Shown here: piece after piece, positions 10,699 through 18,828 of the stretch
Layout: each line of letters opens with the position of its first letter
Position numbering within the stretch: the stretch's first letter is position 1
Source of the DNA: Ktedonobacterales bacterium
GTDB lineage: Bacteria; Chloroflexota; Ktedonobacteria; Ktedonobacterales; DATBGS01
Assembly (NCBI GenBank): GCA_036557285.1
Contig: DATBHW010000073.1
Location: 551-64,550 of the forward strand
Direction: 5' to 3'
Length of the DNA stretch: 64,000 nucleotides
Position numbers and translations under genes: made by a program
Notes under the pieces: generated by a model
Database searches by the model: none
Told to the model about the DNA's origin: nothing
What the model saw: only the letters and a program-made list of their open reading frames with translations

Positions 10699-11608
10699 AG
10701 TGGGTGAAGTTCAGAAATTCGTGGTAGCGCGTGTTGATCTCTCCGGGCGAAAGCGTCTTCAGGCGGCTCATGCCGAAGTCTTCGCAGTGGAACGACCCCA
10801 TGATGTTGCCATGAACTAAGGCGCGCTTAAAGTCGGTAGTCGTCAGATCGCCATTCTTCTGGGAGGCGCGAGCGAGATAGCCGATGAAGCCGCCCGCAAA
10901 GGCATCGCCCGCGCCAGTCGGGTCGCGCACCTCTTCCAGGGGGTAAGCTGGCGCGGCAAAGAAGCTGCCATCTTTGCTGAAGAGCAGCGCGCCATAGGAG
11001 CCTTGCTTGATGACGATCATACGCGGGCCATCGGCCAGGATTTTATGCGCGGCTGTCACCAGGCCGGGTACGTCGGCGTACTGGCGCGCTTCCTCTTCGG
11101 ACATCAGCAGCACGTCAACTTTGCCGATCACCTCTTTGAGTTCTTTGGGCGTGCTGCTGATCCAGAAGTTCATGCTGTCCAGCACGCGCAGGCGCGCGCT
11201 GGTAGTTTGATCCAGCACTTCGTTTTGCAGCGAGGGATGGATATTGGCGAGAAAGAGGATGGGCGCGCTGCGATAGCTGGCGGGGATGATCGGGTGGAAA
11301 TCGGCAAAGACGCCCAGTTCGGTATAGAGTGTGTCGCGGGTGTTCATATCCAGGTGATAGCGCCCGCCCCAGCGGAAGGTACTCCCTTCCACGATCTGGA
11401 TGCCCGCGATGTCTGCGCCCCGGCTGCGGAAGTAGTCCAGGTACGCCTGGGGGAAATCGGTGCCGACGACGCCGATCATGTTGACGGTATCGTAAAACGA
11501 GGCGGCGGCGCAGAAGTGGGCGGCTGCGCCGCCCAGTATATCTTCGGCCCGGCCAAAGGGCGTTTCGACCAGATCAATGCCAATCGAGCCAACAACGAGA
11601 ATCGCCAT
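10667..11608 (-). CDS. PfkB-family carbohydrate/nucleoside kinase
   Basis: N-terminal VVGSIGIDLV and the C-terminal PfkB signature DPTGAGDAFAGGF. Start trimmed to ATG 11608. Confidence 0.85.
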   Translation of the reverse strand: MAILVVGSIGIDLVETPFGRAEDILGGAAAHFCAAASFYDTVNMIGVVGTDFPQAYLDYFRSRGADIAGIQIVEGSTFRWGGRYHLDMNTRDTLYTELGVFADFHPIIPASYRSAPILFLANIHPSLQNEVLDQTTSARLRVLDSMNFWISSTPKELKEVIGKVDVLLMSEEEARQYADVPGLVTAAHKILADGPRMIVIKQGSYGALLFSKDGSFFAAPAYPLEEVRDPTGAGDAFAGGFIGYLARASQKNGDLTTTDFKRALVHGNIMGSFHCEDFGMSRLKTLSPGEINTRYHEFLNFTHFDPDWVNGAR

Positions 11609-11646
11609 TATGAAAATATGCTCCTTATCCACTTGTAGCATCCACT

Positions 11647-11701
11647 TGTAGCGCCGCCTTCCAGGCGGCCAGCGACCAGCCGCCTGGAAGGCGGCGCTAC
11701 A
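11647..11701. repeat. Family-A minimal hairpin copy (55 bp)
   Basis: TGTAGCGCCGCCTTCCAGGCGGC-loop-GCCGCCTGGAAGGCGGCGCTACA, a ~23-bp perfect stem between the HD and PfkB genes. Confidence 0.85.
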
Positions 11702-11709
11702 GGTAGCTT

Positions 11710-12321
11710 TTAGACCTCAGAGCTACCTGTCAATTGCTCCAGAACGCCATCCAGAAAGGCCAGCGTGCGCCCAAACTTTTCGCGGCAGAGTTCTTTGGCG
11801 GTGTCGGTATAGAGCGACTGGAAGAGTTCAACGTAGCGTTCCTCGATATGGTGCAGGATAGCAGAGAGTGCCTCGTTGGTAAAGGTGCGATCAGGATATT
11901 TCGCGCCCAGTTCAATCAGCGAAGTGACGACGGCCAGCCCACCCAGGCGGCTGATTTTATCGGCATCGTAGAGGATTTGGCCCTCGATGGGTACGAGGTC
12001 GCGTTCTTCGGCGGGGGCGGCGAAGCTGTGTACCATGATGGCAGCCTGCACGCAGGCCACGCGCTCCTCTGGCACCCCCCATTCCCTCAGAAACGCCGCA
12101 GCCATTTCGGCGGAGCGCCGGTGATGCTCTTCTTTGCCATAGACGCCCGTGGAAATGTCGTGAAGATACGCCGCCATGACCAGCCCATCGTGGTCAACGT
12201 CTTCCTGGTCAACGGCCAGCATCTTACAGTTGGCGACGATGGTGCTGGCGTAGAGCAGCCCTTCAGGGCCGAGCATCTCTTGCACGTATTGGGTGATTGC
12301 GTCCTGAAGTTCGGGTTCCAT
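11710..12321 (-). CDS. HD-domain phosphohydrolase
   Basis: AAYLHDIS (HD dyad) plus a downstream His/Asp pattern. Confidence 0.75.
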   Translation of the reverse strand: MEPELQDAITQYVQEMLGPEGLLYASTIVANCKMLAVDQEDVDHDGLVMAAYLHDISTGVYGKEEHHRRSAEMAAAFLREWGVPEERVACVQAAIMVHSFAAPAEERDLVPIEGQILYDADKISRLGGLAVVTSLIELGAKYPDRTFTNEALSAILHHIEERYVELFQSLYTDTAKELCREKFGRTLAFLDGVLEQLTGSSEV

Positions 12322-12354
12322 CTCTGCCTCGCGTACCTCGTGTGTCTTGCTGGA

Positions 12355-13458
12355 TCAGGATTTGAGCGCGGCGCGTTGATCGCTGCTGATCCGTGCCAGC
12401 GCCTGGTCGAACGGTGGTCGGGCAATGCCACAATCGGTGATGATGGCGGTGATATAGCGATGCGGCGTGACATCAAAGGCCGGATTAGCTGCGTTGACGC
12501 CCTGCGGCGCGATGCGCACGCCGCGCAGATGGGTTACTTCGTCGGGCGGGCGCTCTTCAATCGTGATCTGCTCGCCAGAAGAGAGCGAGAGATCAATGGT
12601 CGAGCGCGGCGCGACAACATAGAAAGGAATGGTATGTTCCCGCGCCAGGATCGCCAGGCCATAGGTACCAATTTTATTAGCGACATCGCCGTTGGCGGCG
12701 ATGCGGTCTGCGCCCACAAACACGGCGTTGATACCCGCTTTGCGCATGAAGTGCGCGGCCATGTTGTCGGTAATCAGCGTGAGCGGGATGCCTTCCTGCT
12801 GCAATTCCCAGGTGGTAAGGCGCGCCCCCTGTAAGACGGGGCGCGTCTCGTCAACAAAGACATGGACGCGCTTGCCCTGGGCGCGCGCGACAAAGATAGG
12901 CGCCAGCGCGGTCCCGCGCCCGGCGGTGGCGAGCGCGCCCGCGTTGCAATGCGTCAGCAGCGTATCGCCATCGTGAATCAGCGCGGCCCCATAGTCGCCC
13001 ATACGCTGGCAGGCGTCGGCGTCTTCCCTGGCGATAGCCTCGGCTTCCGCCAGTAGACGCGCTGGCAGCCCTGGAGGTGCGCAGCCTTCCGCCAGCGCGG
13101 TCTGCGCCGCGCCGCGCATGCGCTCCAGCGCCCAGGGCAGATTGACCGCCGTCGGGCGGGTGCGCCGCAAGAGGGCGGCTATCTCATCGAACCGTGCCAG
13201 CGCGGCTCCGGCGCTTTCCAGCGCAGCCGATGACGCGCTGAGCAGCCCCAGCGCCAGGCCATAGGCCGCTGCTACGCCAATAGCTGGCGCGCCGCGCACT
13301 TTGAGTGTAATGATGGCTTCAGCAACCTCTTCTGCGCTGCGGCAGGCGAGGATGCTGACCTCATCGGGCAGGCGCGACTGATCGATCATGCGCAGGACGC
13401 CGCGCTGCGTGGCTGGCTCGGTTTCCCACCAGAGCGTTTGGAAAGCTTGGGCTTTCAT
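12355..13458 (-). CDS. mtnA: Methylthioribose-1-phosphate isomerase (eIF-2B alpha/beta/delta family)
   Basis: LRMIDQSRLP, RGAPAIGVAAAYG, THCNAGALAT and GADRIAANGDVANKIGTY. Start trimmed to MKAQAF at 13458. Confidence 0.85.
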   Translation of the reverse strand: MKAQAFQTLWWETEPATQRGVLRMIDQSRLPDEVSILACRSAEEVAEAIITLKVRGAPAIGVAAAYGLALGLLSASSAALESAGAALARFDEIAALLRRTRPTAVNLPWALERMRGAAQTALAEGCAPPGLPARLLAEAEAIAREDADACQRMGDYGAALIHDGDTLLTHCNAGALATAGRGTALAPIFVARAQGKRVHVFVDETRPVLQGARLTTWELQQEGIPLTLITDNMAAHFMRKAGINAVFVGADRIAANGDVANKIGTYGLAILAREHTIPFYVVAPRSTIDLSLSSGEQITIEERPPDEVTHLRGVRIAPQGVNAANPAFDVTPHRYITAIITDCGIARPPFDQALARISSDQRAALKS

Positions 13459-13570
13459 TTTTTGCCGCCTGATCTCGTATTCCTGGCGAGTGGAGCGTCC
13501 ATTGCTTGGGTTATTTCCCCCTCCATTATAGGATAAGTGGCGCTTCCTCACAAGCCGGACGCTCAGGCAG

Positions 13571-13776
13571 GGTTCCACCACCTATCGGGGGGGACTTGTA
13601 GCGCCACCTTCCAGGCGGCTAGCCACCTGTAGCGCCGCCGGGACGGCGGCCAGCGTTGGCCTGCTGGCGCCGTGGCCCGGAGGGCGAACGCTCGCCCTGG
13701 CGCAGCGTTGAGCCGCCAGGATGGCGGCGCTACAAGTAACACGTCTCGCCTACCAACCCCTCGTGTTTGGTGGGAC
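13571..13776. repeat. Family-A element with both flank modules
   Basis: Left GGTTCCACCACCTATCGGGGGGG, a TGTAGCGCC...GGCGCTACA core, and a right flank homologous to the reverse complement of GGTTCTCCCAAATCTGAGGTGTTGGCAAGCGAGGCGTGTTA. Confidence 0.75.
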
Positions 13777-14048
13777 TAAAAAGGCAAGAGAAAAACAATT
13801 CTCAAGATACTTGCGGGACTTTAGTCCTACAAACCGGCGTTTTTCTTTGTTACTGCTCAGACATATGCTACCATTTCACCCGTTGAGTTGTTTTTATCAG
13901 CGCCATTTTTTTAGCGCGTCTTGTTACCCACTTCTCTGTTGTCCGTCACACTATCAGGAGGACCGACACAGCACGTCTGTGTGCCTGCTGATAGGCTGGG
14001 CGGAGCGTATTGCTCTTATCTAGCTATCTTCTGAAGGGGCGCAGTCGT

Positions 14049-14582
14049 ATGGCCAGGGTGGAATCGGAGACCACATGGTCCTTCGAGCGTATCTACGAAG
14101 AATTTAAAACGCCAATCTACAATTATATCTATCATCTGGTCGGGAATCGGGAACAGGCGGATGATCTGACCCAAGACACCTTCTTGAAGGCGTTCAAGGC
14201 GTTACCCAAGATGGATGCGAGCCTGAAGTTGTCTGCCTGGCTGTACCGCATCGCCACTAATACGGCCTATGATGCGCTTCGTCGGCGGAAGCTGATTGCC
14301 TGGCTGCCCTGGCAAGACCTGGATCACGAACCCGCCGATGTGGAAAGCGCCGACCCGCAAGAAACCATTGGGACTACTGAACTGGTGCGCGGCGCGCTCA
14401 AACGCATGCCCGCCCAGTATCGGGCCGCGCTCTTACTGTATACGCAGGAGGGCTTTTCCTATGGTGAGATTGCCCAGACCTTGAGTATTGCAGAGAGCGG
14501 CGTAAAGATGTACCTCTCTCGCGCGCGGCAGTCGTTTCGAGAACACTTCCGGGCGCTGGAGCAGGGAGGAGCTTTGAGATGA
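14049..14582 (+). CDS. ECF-type RNA polymerase sigma-70 factor
   Basis: Region 2 (DDLTQDTFLKAF) and region 4 HTH (FSYGEIAQTLSIAESGVKMYLSRAR). Confidence 0.9.
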   Translation: MARVESETTWSFERIYEEFKTPIYNYIYHLVGNREQADDLTQDTFLKAFKALPKMDASLKLSAWLYRIATNTAYDALRRRKLIAWLPWQDLDHEPADVESADPQETIGTTELVRGALKRMPAQYRAALLLYTQEGFSYGEIAQTLSIAESGVKMYLSRARQSFREHFRALEQGGALR

Positions 14583-16426
14583 ACTGTGATCGGGCTGGAG
14601 AATTGCTCGGCGTGTATCTGCGCGACGAGTTGATGCCCTCCACCCGAGCAGAGGTACAGGCGCACCTGGACCACTGCGCATCCTGTCGCGCTGATCTTGA
14701 TCTTGACCGGCTAGTATTTGAGCTACCCAGGGTCGAACCCTCGGCAGCCTTGCATGAACGCATCTTTTCCTCCCCCGAATTTCGGGAAATCGCGCGAGCG
14801 GTTCGCCTGCAAAACAATCCAGGCGACACGTTCTCCGAGGGCCGATCCTCCGGTGAAAGCCATGCACCGGCTGGAGATAAGATTAGCGCCAATGGCGCCT
14901 ATTCGCATCTGAAGGTGCTGCGTCCCAGTGGGCCAGTGGCCCGCGAGGGAGGCAATGGGCATCATCGCCCGGTTGCCCGGACTGAGCGGAATATTCGGCG
15001 GATAGATTGGCAAGGGATGGCGCTGCGTCTGGTGGCGGCGGCGGCGGTGCTGGTGCTTGTCCTTGGCTCGGCGCTGGTGGCGAAAAACCTGCTGCAAACC
15101 CAGCCTCCCGTTGCTGCTATCCCCACTTTTGACCCGGCTGGCCCGGTGACTGGCCCGTTGGCTGCTGGCAATCGGGCCGTCTATCTGCATAATGGGCGGC
15201 TCTGGAGCGCGCCTGAACACGGCCCACAGATTCGCTCGCCGCTGACTGATAGATCAGTGACGGTGGCTCCCGGTTGGACGGTGGCTCCGGCGGCTGGCTC
15301 GAATGGGGCGCATCACCTGGCGTATATTGATCTGAAGACGGGGACGCTCCATATTATCCAGACGGATGATCGCGCCGACCTGACGGTTGGGCGCGTGGCC
15401 CCGCAGGGCGCTGACCAGGCAACCTTCTGGCAAAGCGCCGAGGGCCGGGCGATTCTGGCCGGACTGGCCTGGGCGCCAGATGCGCGGCAGCTCGCTTTCG
15501 TGGCTGACCGCGATGGCGCGGGCGCGGCGCTGTGGGTTGCCAATGCTGATGGTTCAGCGGCGCGCCCTGTGAGCGGCCCTGCTGCCCCTGGTGTGCTGCC
15601 ATCATTGCCAGCCTGGGCATTGGATGGCTCGGACCTCGCCTATGTGCTGATCGGGAATGACGCTCCCAGCATTTGGAACTATGCCTTTGATGCTAATCCG
15701 CCGCAGATGCTGGAGCAGCGCGCCTGGCCTGGGGGCAATGCCCAGGATGTTGTGCGCGGCCTCTTCTGGACCAGCGATACGCTCAATCCGACGATCACCT
15801 GGAGCGTCGGCACGTCGGATGGAAAGCTGATCAAGGGCCTGTGGTCATATCGGCTTAACCAGACGCCGCATCTGGCGCGGCTGACCTCGCCAGGGGCCAC
15901 CTTTAGCATGGTTGATTATAGCGCGCAGGCTGGCGGTACGGGTTCGTGGCTGGTGGCGCAGGTGAACGTGGGGCTGCGCTCTATCCATGCGGATGGCTCG
16001 GCGGTGATGGGGCTGGCTTCGGGACATATAGCCGCTGTGCGCTGGTCGCCTGATGGTCCCAACGCGCTGTATGTGGTGGCCGAAACTGGCGCGAAGAAGG
16101 GTACGCTCTGGACCTGGACGCCCCTGCTGGGGCAGCGCCAGATCGCCGGGAATGTGTCCCTGAACCCCTTGCCCGCCTGGTCGCCAGATGGCCGATATGT
16201 GCTCTATGTGGCGGACAGCCATGTCTGGAATGCGCTTGCCAGCGGGAGCAGCGAACCGCTCGCTGGCTCAGACGCGGCGACCGCCTTGAGTTGGGCGCCA
16301 GACGGTGCGCGTGTGGCCCTGGCAGGCGCAAGGGGCATTACCATCAGCGATTCAGATGGGAGTTCGCCCAGCCAGGTTGATAACGTGAGCGGCGTAGATG
16401 CAGTGATCTGGACCGCTGTGCCGTAA
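14579..16426 (+). CDS. Anti-sigma factor: zf-HC2 domain, one TM helix and a TolB-like beta-propeller ectodomain
   Basis: ATGA overlap with the sigma gene. HLDHCASC zinc motif, a TM at ~aa 150, and repeated WSPDG/WAPDG propeller motifs. Confidence 0.8.
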   Translation: MNCDRAGELLGVYLRDELMPSTRAEVQAHLDHCASCRADLDLDRLVFELPRVEPSAALHERIFSSPEFREIARAVRLQNNPGDTFSEGRSSGESHAPAGDKISANGAYSHLKVLRPSGPVAREGGNGHHRPVARTERNIRRIDWQGMALRLVAAAAVLVLVLGSALVAKNLLQTQPPVAAIPTFDPAGPVTGPLAAGNRAVYLHNGRLWSAPEHGPQIRSPLTDRSVTVAPGWTVAPAAGSNGAHHLAYIDLKTGTLHIIQTDDRADLTVGRVAPQGADQATFWQSAEGRAILAGLAWAPDARQLAFVADRDGAGAALWVANADGSAARPVSGPAAPGVLPSLPAWALDGSDLAYVLIGNDAPSIWNYAFDANPPQMLEQRAWPGGNAQDVVRGLFWTSDTLNPTITWSVGTSDGKLIKGLWSYRLNQTPHLARLTSPGATFSMVDYSAQAGGTGSWLVAQVNVGLRSIHADGSAVMGLASGHIAAVRWSPDGPNALYVVAETGAKKGTLWTWTPLLGQRQIAGNVSLNPLPAWSPDGRYVLYVADSHVWNALASGSSEPLAGSDAATALSWAPDGARVALAGARGITISDSDGSSPSQVDNVSGVDAVIWTAVP

Positions 16427-16501
16427 AGCGTGCTTCTTCATATCTTTACTGAAGAGGGGACAGTCAAATACCCCCGCTTGAAAGCGGGAGCTTGCAGTTC
16501 G

Positions 16502-17581
16502 CTAAGCAGCAGCGACTACGATAGGCTGTTTGACAGCAGCCCTGGAAATATTGATGGCAGCGTTGTAGTCGGCAGGCGCAGCGTACCCACACGACTGACA
16601 GACGAACTCAGCCTGGCTCTTGCGATTGGCTTTCTCGCAGTGTCCACAGACTGAGCAGGTGCGAGACGTATTGCGCGGGTCTACCAGATGGAGGCAGACG
16701 CCAGCAAGCGCGGCCTTATAGGAGAGGAAGGCACGGAGTTGGGCAAAGGACCAGGAGGCATGGCGATGACGCTGCGACCTTCTAACCGTGCTGTCCGTCC
16801 GTTGACGGATGTGTCTTAGGTCTTCAATCGCTATGCCGCGATGACTGGCCCTGGCTTTGGCAACCAGCTTTTTGCTGAGAACGTGGTTGGTGTTCGTATG
16901 AAAGCGGCGCTCTTTGCGCCGGAGGCGTTTGAGATGGCGTTTGGCCGATTTCGTACCTCGCTTTTGCAGGGCGGCCCGTAACTTCAAGAGGCGCGCTCTG
17001 GTGTGTTCCACCGCTTGCCCGCTGAAGGTGTCTCCGTCGCTGTCGGTGGCGAGGTTGACAATGCCCAGATCAACACCCAGCGTATCGGTAGGCTGCTCTG
17101 CGGGCGGCGTTGGCGCCTCCAGGGTTACGGCCAGAAAAAACACGCCGTTGCGGTAGATCAAATCAGCCTGGCCCTGGATGGCTTGCAGACGCGCCTCTTG
17201 ATACCCGCCAATGAGGAAGGGAACCAGGACACGCCCGGCGCGCGTCAAGAGCGAGACCTGATTCAGCCCCTTGAAGGACATCACCCGCTGGTCATAGACG
17301 ATGGCCCCTTCTGGGCGAAACGCGGGCTTGATGGCCTTATCGCGTTTGTAGACTTCGCTGGTCTTGCTGATGGCGCGTATCGCCAGTTGAGCGGGCAGCC
17401 TAAACTCAGCACGCAGGCGGGCATAGACGTGCTTCTGAAGTGCAAACTTGTTGGCGCTTTTCAGGGTAAATGCCTCTTCTGCTACCGCGTTGCAGGCGGC
17501 GTTAAAAGCGTGCATCACGTCCAAGAGGGCGCGATGCTGCGATGGCGCAGGGGCTAACTTCAAAAGCATGGTCTGTTTCAT
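16502..17581 (-). CDS. tnpB: TnpB (IS200/IS605-family OrfB, RuvC-like RNA-guided nuclease), apparently intact
   Basis: RuvC triad candidates LGVDLGIVN (D), GIAIEDLRHI (E) and ADYNAAINI (D). Zn ribbon CSVCGH...CQSCG. Confidence 0.9.
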   Translation of the reverse strand: MKQTMLLKLAPAPSQHRALLDVMHAFNAACNAVAEEAFTLKSANKFALQKHVYARLRAEFRLPAQLAIRAISKTSEVYKRDKAIKPAFRPEGAIVYDQRVMSFKGLNQVSLLTRAGRVLVPFLIGGYQEARLQAIQGQADLIYRNGVFFLAVTLEAPTPPAEQPTDTLGVDLGIVNLATDSDGDTFSGQAVEHTRARLLKLRAALQKRGTKSAKRHLKRLRRKERRFHTNTNHVLSKKLVAKARASHRGIAIEDLRHIRQRTDSTVRRSQRHRHASWSFAQLRAFLSYKAALAGVCLHLVDPRNTSRTCSVCGHCEKANRKSQAEFVCQSCGYAAPADYNAAINISRAAVKQPIVVAAA

Positions 17582-17587
17582 ACAGAC

Positions 17588-17617
17588 AGTATAACATAGT
17601 TAGAAGTATTATGTCAA
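17588..17617 (-). promoter_or_regulatory. Promoter inside IS element 1 driving tnpB (predicts a leaderless mRNA)
   Basis: On the minus strand, TTGACA-N18-TATACT, with the -10 box ending 6 nt before ATG 17581. Confidence 0.5.
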
Positions 17618-17753
17618 TAGGTAGCAATAGCGAAAGGGGGCGCGGCTTCCTCCCCGGTCTCAAGACACGAGGGCTTCCGCCGCGCAAAATCTGTGATCAG
17701 GCGCTGTTCCCTCCCTTTTTTGCTCTGTGGAAGCTGAAGGGGTCTGCTGGCGT

Positions 17754-18584
17754 ATGAGTAGTCTGGTCTTGAAGCTCATCCTGACTCCGGCGTTGATCGG
17801 GGCAGCCAGCCTGGCTGGTCGGCGGTGGGGGTCAACGGTGAGCGGCTGGCTGGTCGGCCTCCCGCTCACTTCCGGGCCGGTGGCTTTCTTTCTCGCCCTG
17901 AATCACGGCGCGGCGTTTGCTGCCGCTGCTGCTGTCGGCACACTGACCGGAACCATGTCGCAAGCCCCTTTTTGCCTGACCTATGGGTGGCTGGCCCGCC
18001 GCTCTGGCTGGCCGCTCACTCTTGGGATAGGCTATCTTGCCTTCGCCGCAGCAACCGTTGCCCTGCAAAACCTGGCTATCCCCCTGGTCTGGCTCTTTCT
18101 GCTGGTGATCACTGCGCTTGTCCTGGCGCTCTGTCTGATGCCGCGCGGCGCTGAATCTACGCCGAAAGCCGCGCCGCCGCCTCCGCGTTGGGACATCCCC
18201 GCCAGGATGGTTGTGGCGACGGCGTTTGTTCTGCTGCTCACCGGCCTTGCGCCGGTCCTGGGCGCGCGGCTGACCGGGCTGCTGGCTCCGTTCCCGCTCT
18301 ATGCCTCTATTCTGGCGGTCTTTGCGCATCGGCTTCAGGGAGGGGCTTCGGCGGTCAAGGTGCTGCGCGGCCTGCTTTTTGGCCTGTTTGCCTTTGCCGG
18401 GTTCTTTTTGGCGCTGGCGCTGCTGATCGAGCGGGTGGGTATCGCGCCTGCCTTCGCGCGGCCATCGCCGTCGCGCTCACGATCCAGGCTGTCTCACTCT
18501 GGGCGCTTCGCCGCGCCTGAGAACATTTCACTTGTAGCGCCGCCATCTTGGCGGCCAGCCGCTGCGCCAGCGCGCCACTTGTAG
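17754..18584 (+). CDS. Polytopic integral membrane protein (possible -1 frameshift near 18456-18461)
   Basis: At least 7 hydrophobic helices. The last ~40 aa run into a repeat and look non-native. The alternative frame gives a hydrophobic end AAIAVALTIQAVSLWALRRA with a stop at 18520. Confidence 0.55.
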   Translation: MSSLVLKLILTPALIGAASLAGRRWGSTVSGWLVGLPLTSGPVAFFLALNHGAAFAAAAAVGTLTGTMSQAPFCLTYGWLARRSGWPLTLGIGYLAFAAATVALQNLAIPLVWLFLLVITALVLALCLMPRGAESTPKAAPPPPRWDIPARMVVATAFVLLLTGLAPVLGARLTGLLAPFPLYASILAVFAHRLQGGASAVKVLRGLLFGLFAFAGFFLALALLIERVGIAPAFARPSPSRSRSRLSHSGRFAAPENISLVAPPSWRPAAAPARHL

Positions 18585-18686
18585 CGCCGCCTTCCAGGCG
18601 GCCAACGATTCGTCAGAGCGAGCGTTCGCCTTCCAGGCCAACCTACTGACAGGCCAGCGACCAGCCGCCTGGAAGGCGGCGCTACC
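18533..18686. repeat. Family-A repeat (two head motifs, no terminal flanks)
   Basis: TTGTAGCGCCGCC occurs twice (18532 and 18578), and the copy ends GCCGCCTGGAAGGCGGCGCTACC. Confidence 0.8.
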
Positions 18687-18828
18687 AGTCGAAGCCGCCA
18701 GCATGCAACGGGATTTGATATAAGAGACAAAAGAACCCTTGGGCAAGATGGCGTTGTCTGCTACAATAGAAGGTGTCAGGCTGGCATCGAGGCCAACCTC
18801 GCAAACCGAAGAAAGCGGGTAAGGTGTT

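Larger units (their letters stand above)
16430..17695 (-). mobile_element. tnpB-only IS200/IS605-type element (no tnpA); boundaries approximate
   Basis: Intact tnpB. 5' subterminal hairpin-rich region 17620-17690 (GGAAGCCCTCGTGTCTTGAGACCGGGGAGGAAGCC). 3' end hairpin CTCCCGCTTTCAAGCGGGGG at ~16474-16493. Confidence 0.6.

Noticed and set aside
11734-12834. 366-aa plus-strand ORF. Similar long antisense ORFs lie at 3635-4423, 4894-5859, 22869-23657, 25689-26312, 27437-28120 and 41455-41973, and there are many within the NRPS genes.
   Set aside because: Each overlaps a confidently identified gene on the opposite strand and lacks motifs or an SD. These are GC-rich shadow ORFs.
14700-14740. The GGGTCGAACCC motif, as a possible tRNA T-arm.
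   Set aside because: It lies inside the anti-sigma factor coding sequence with no flanking acceptor or anticodon structure. No tRNA-like cloverleaf was found anywhere in the window.
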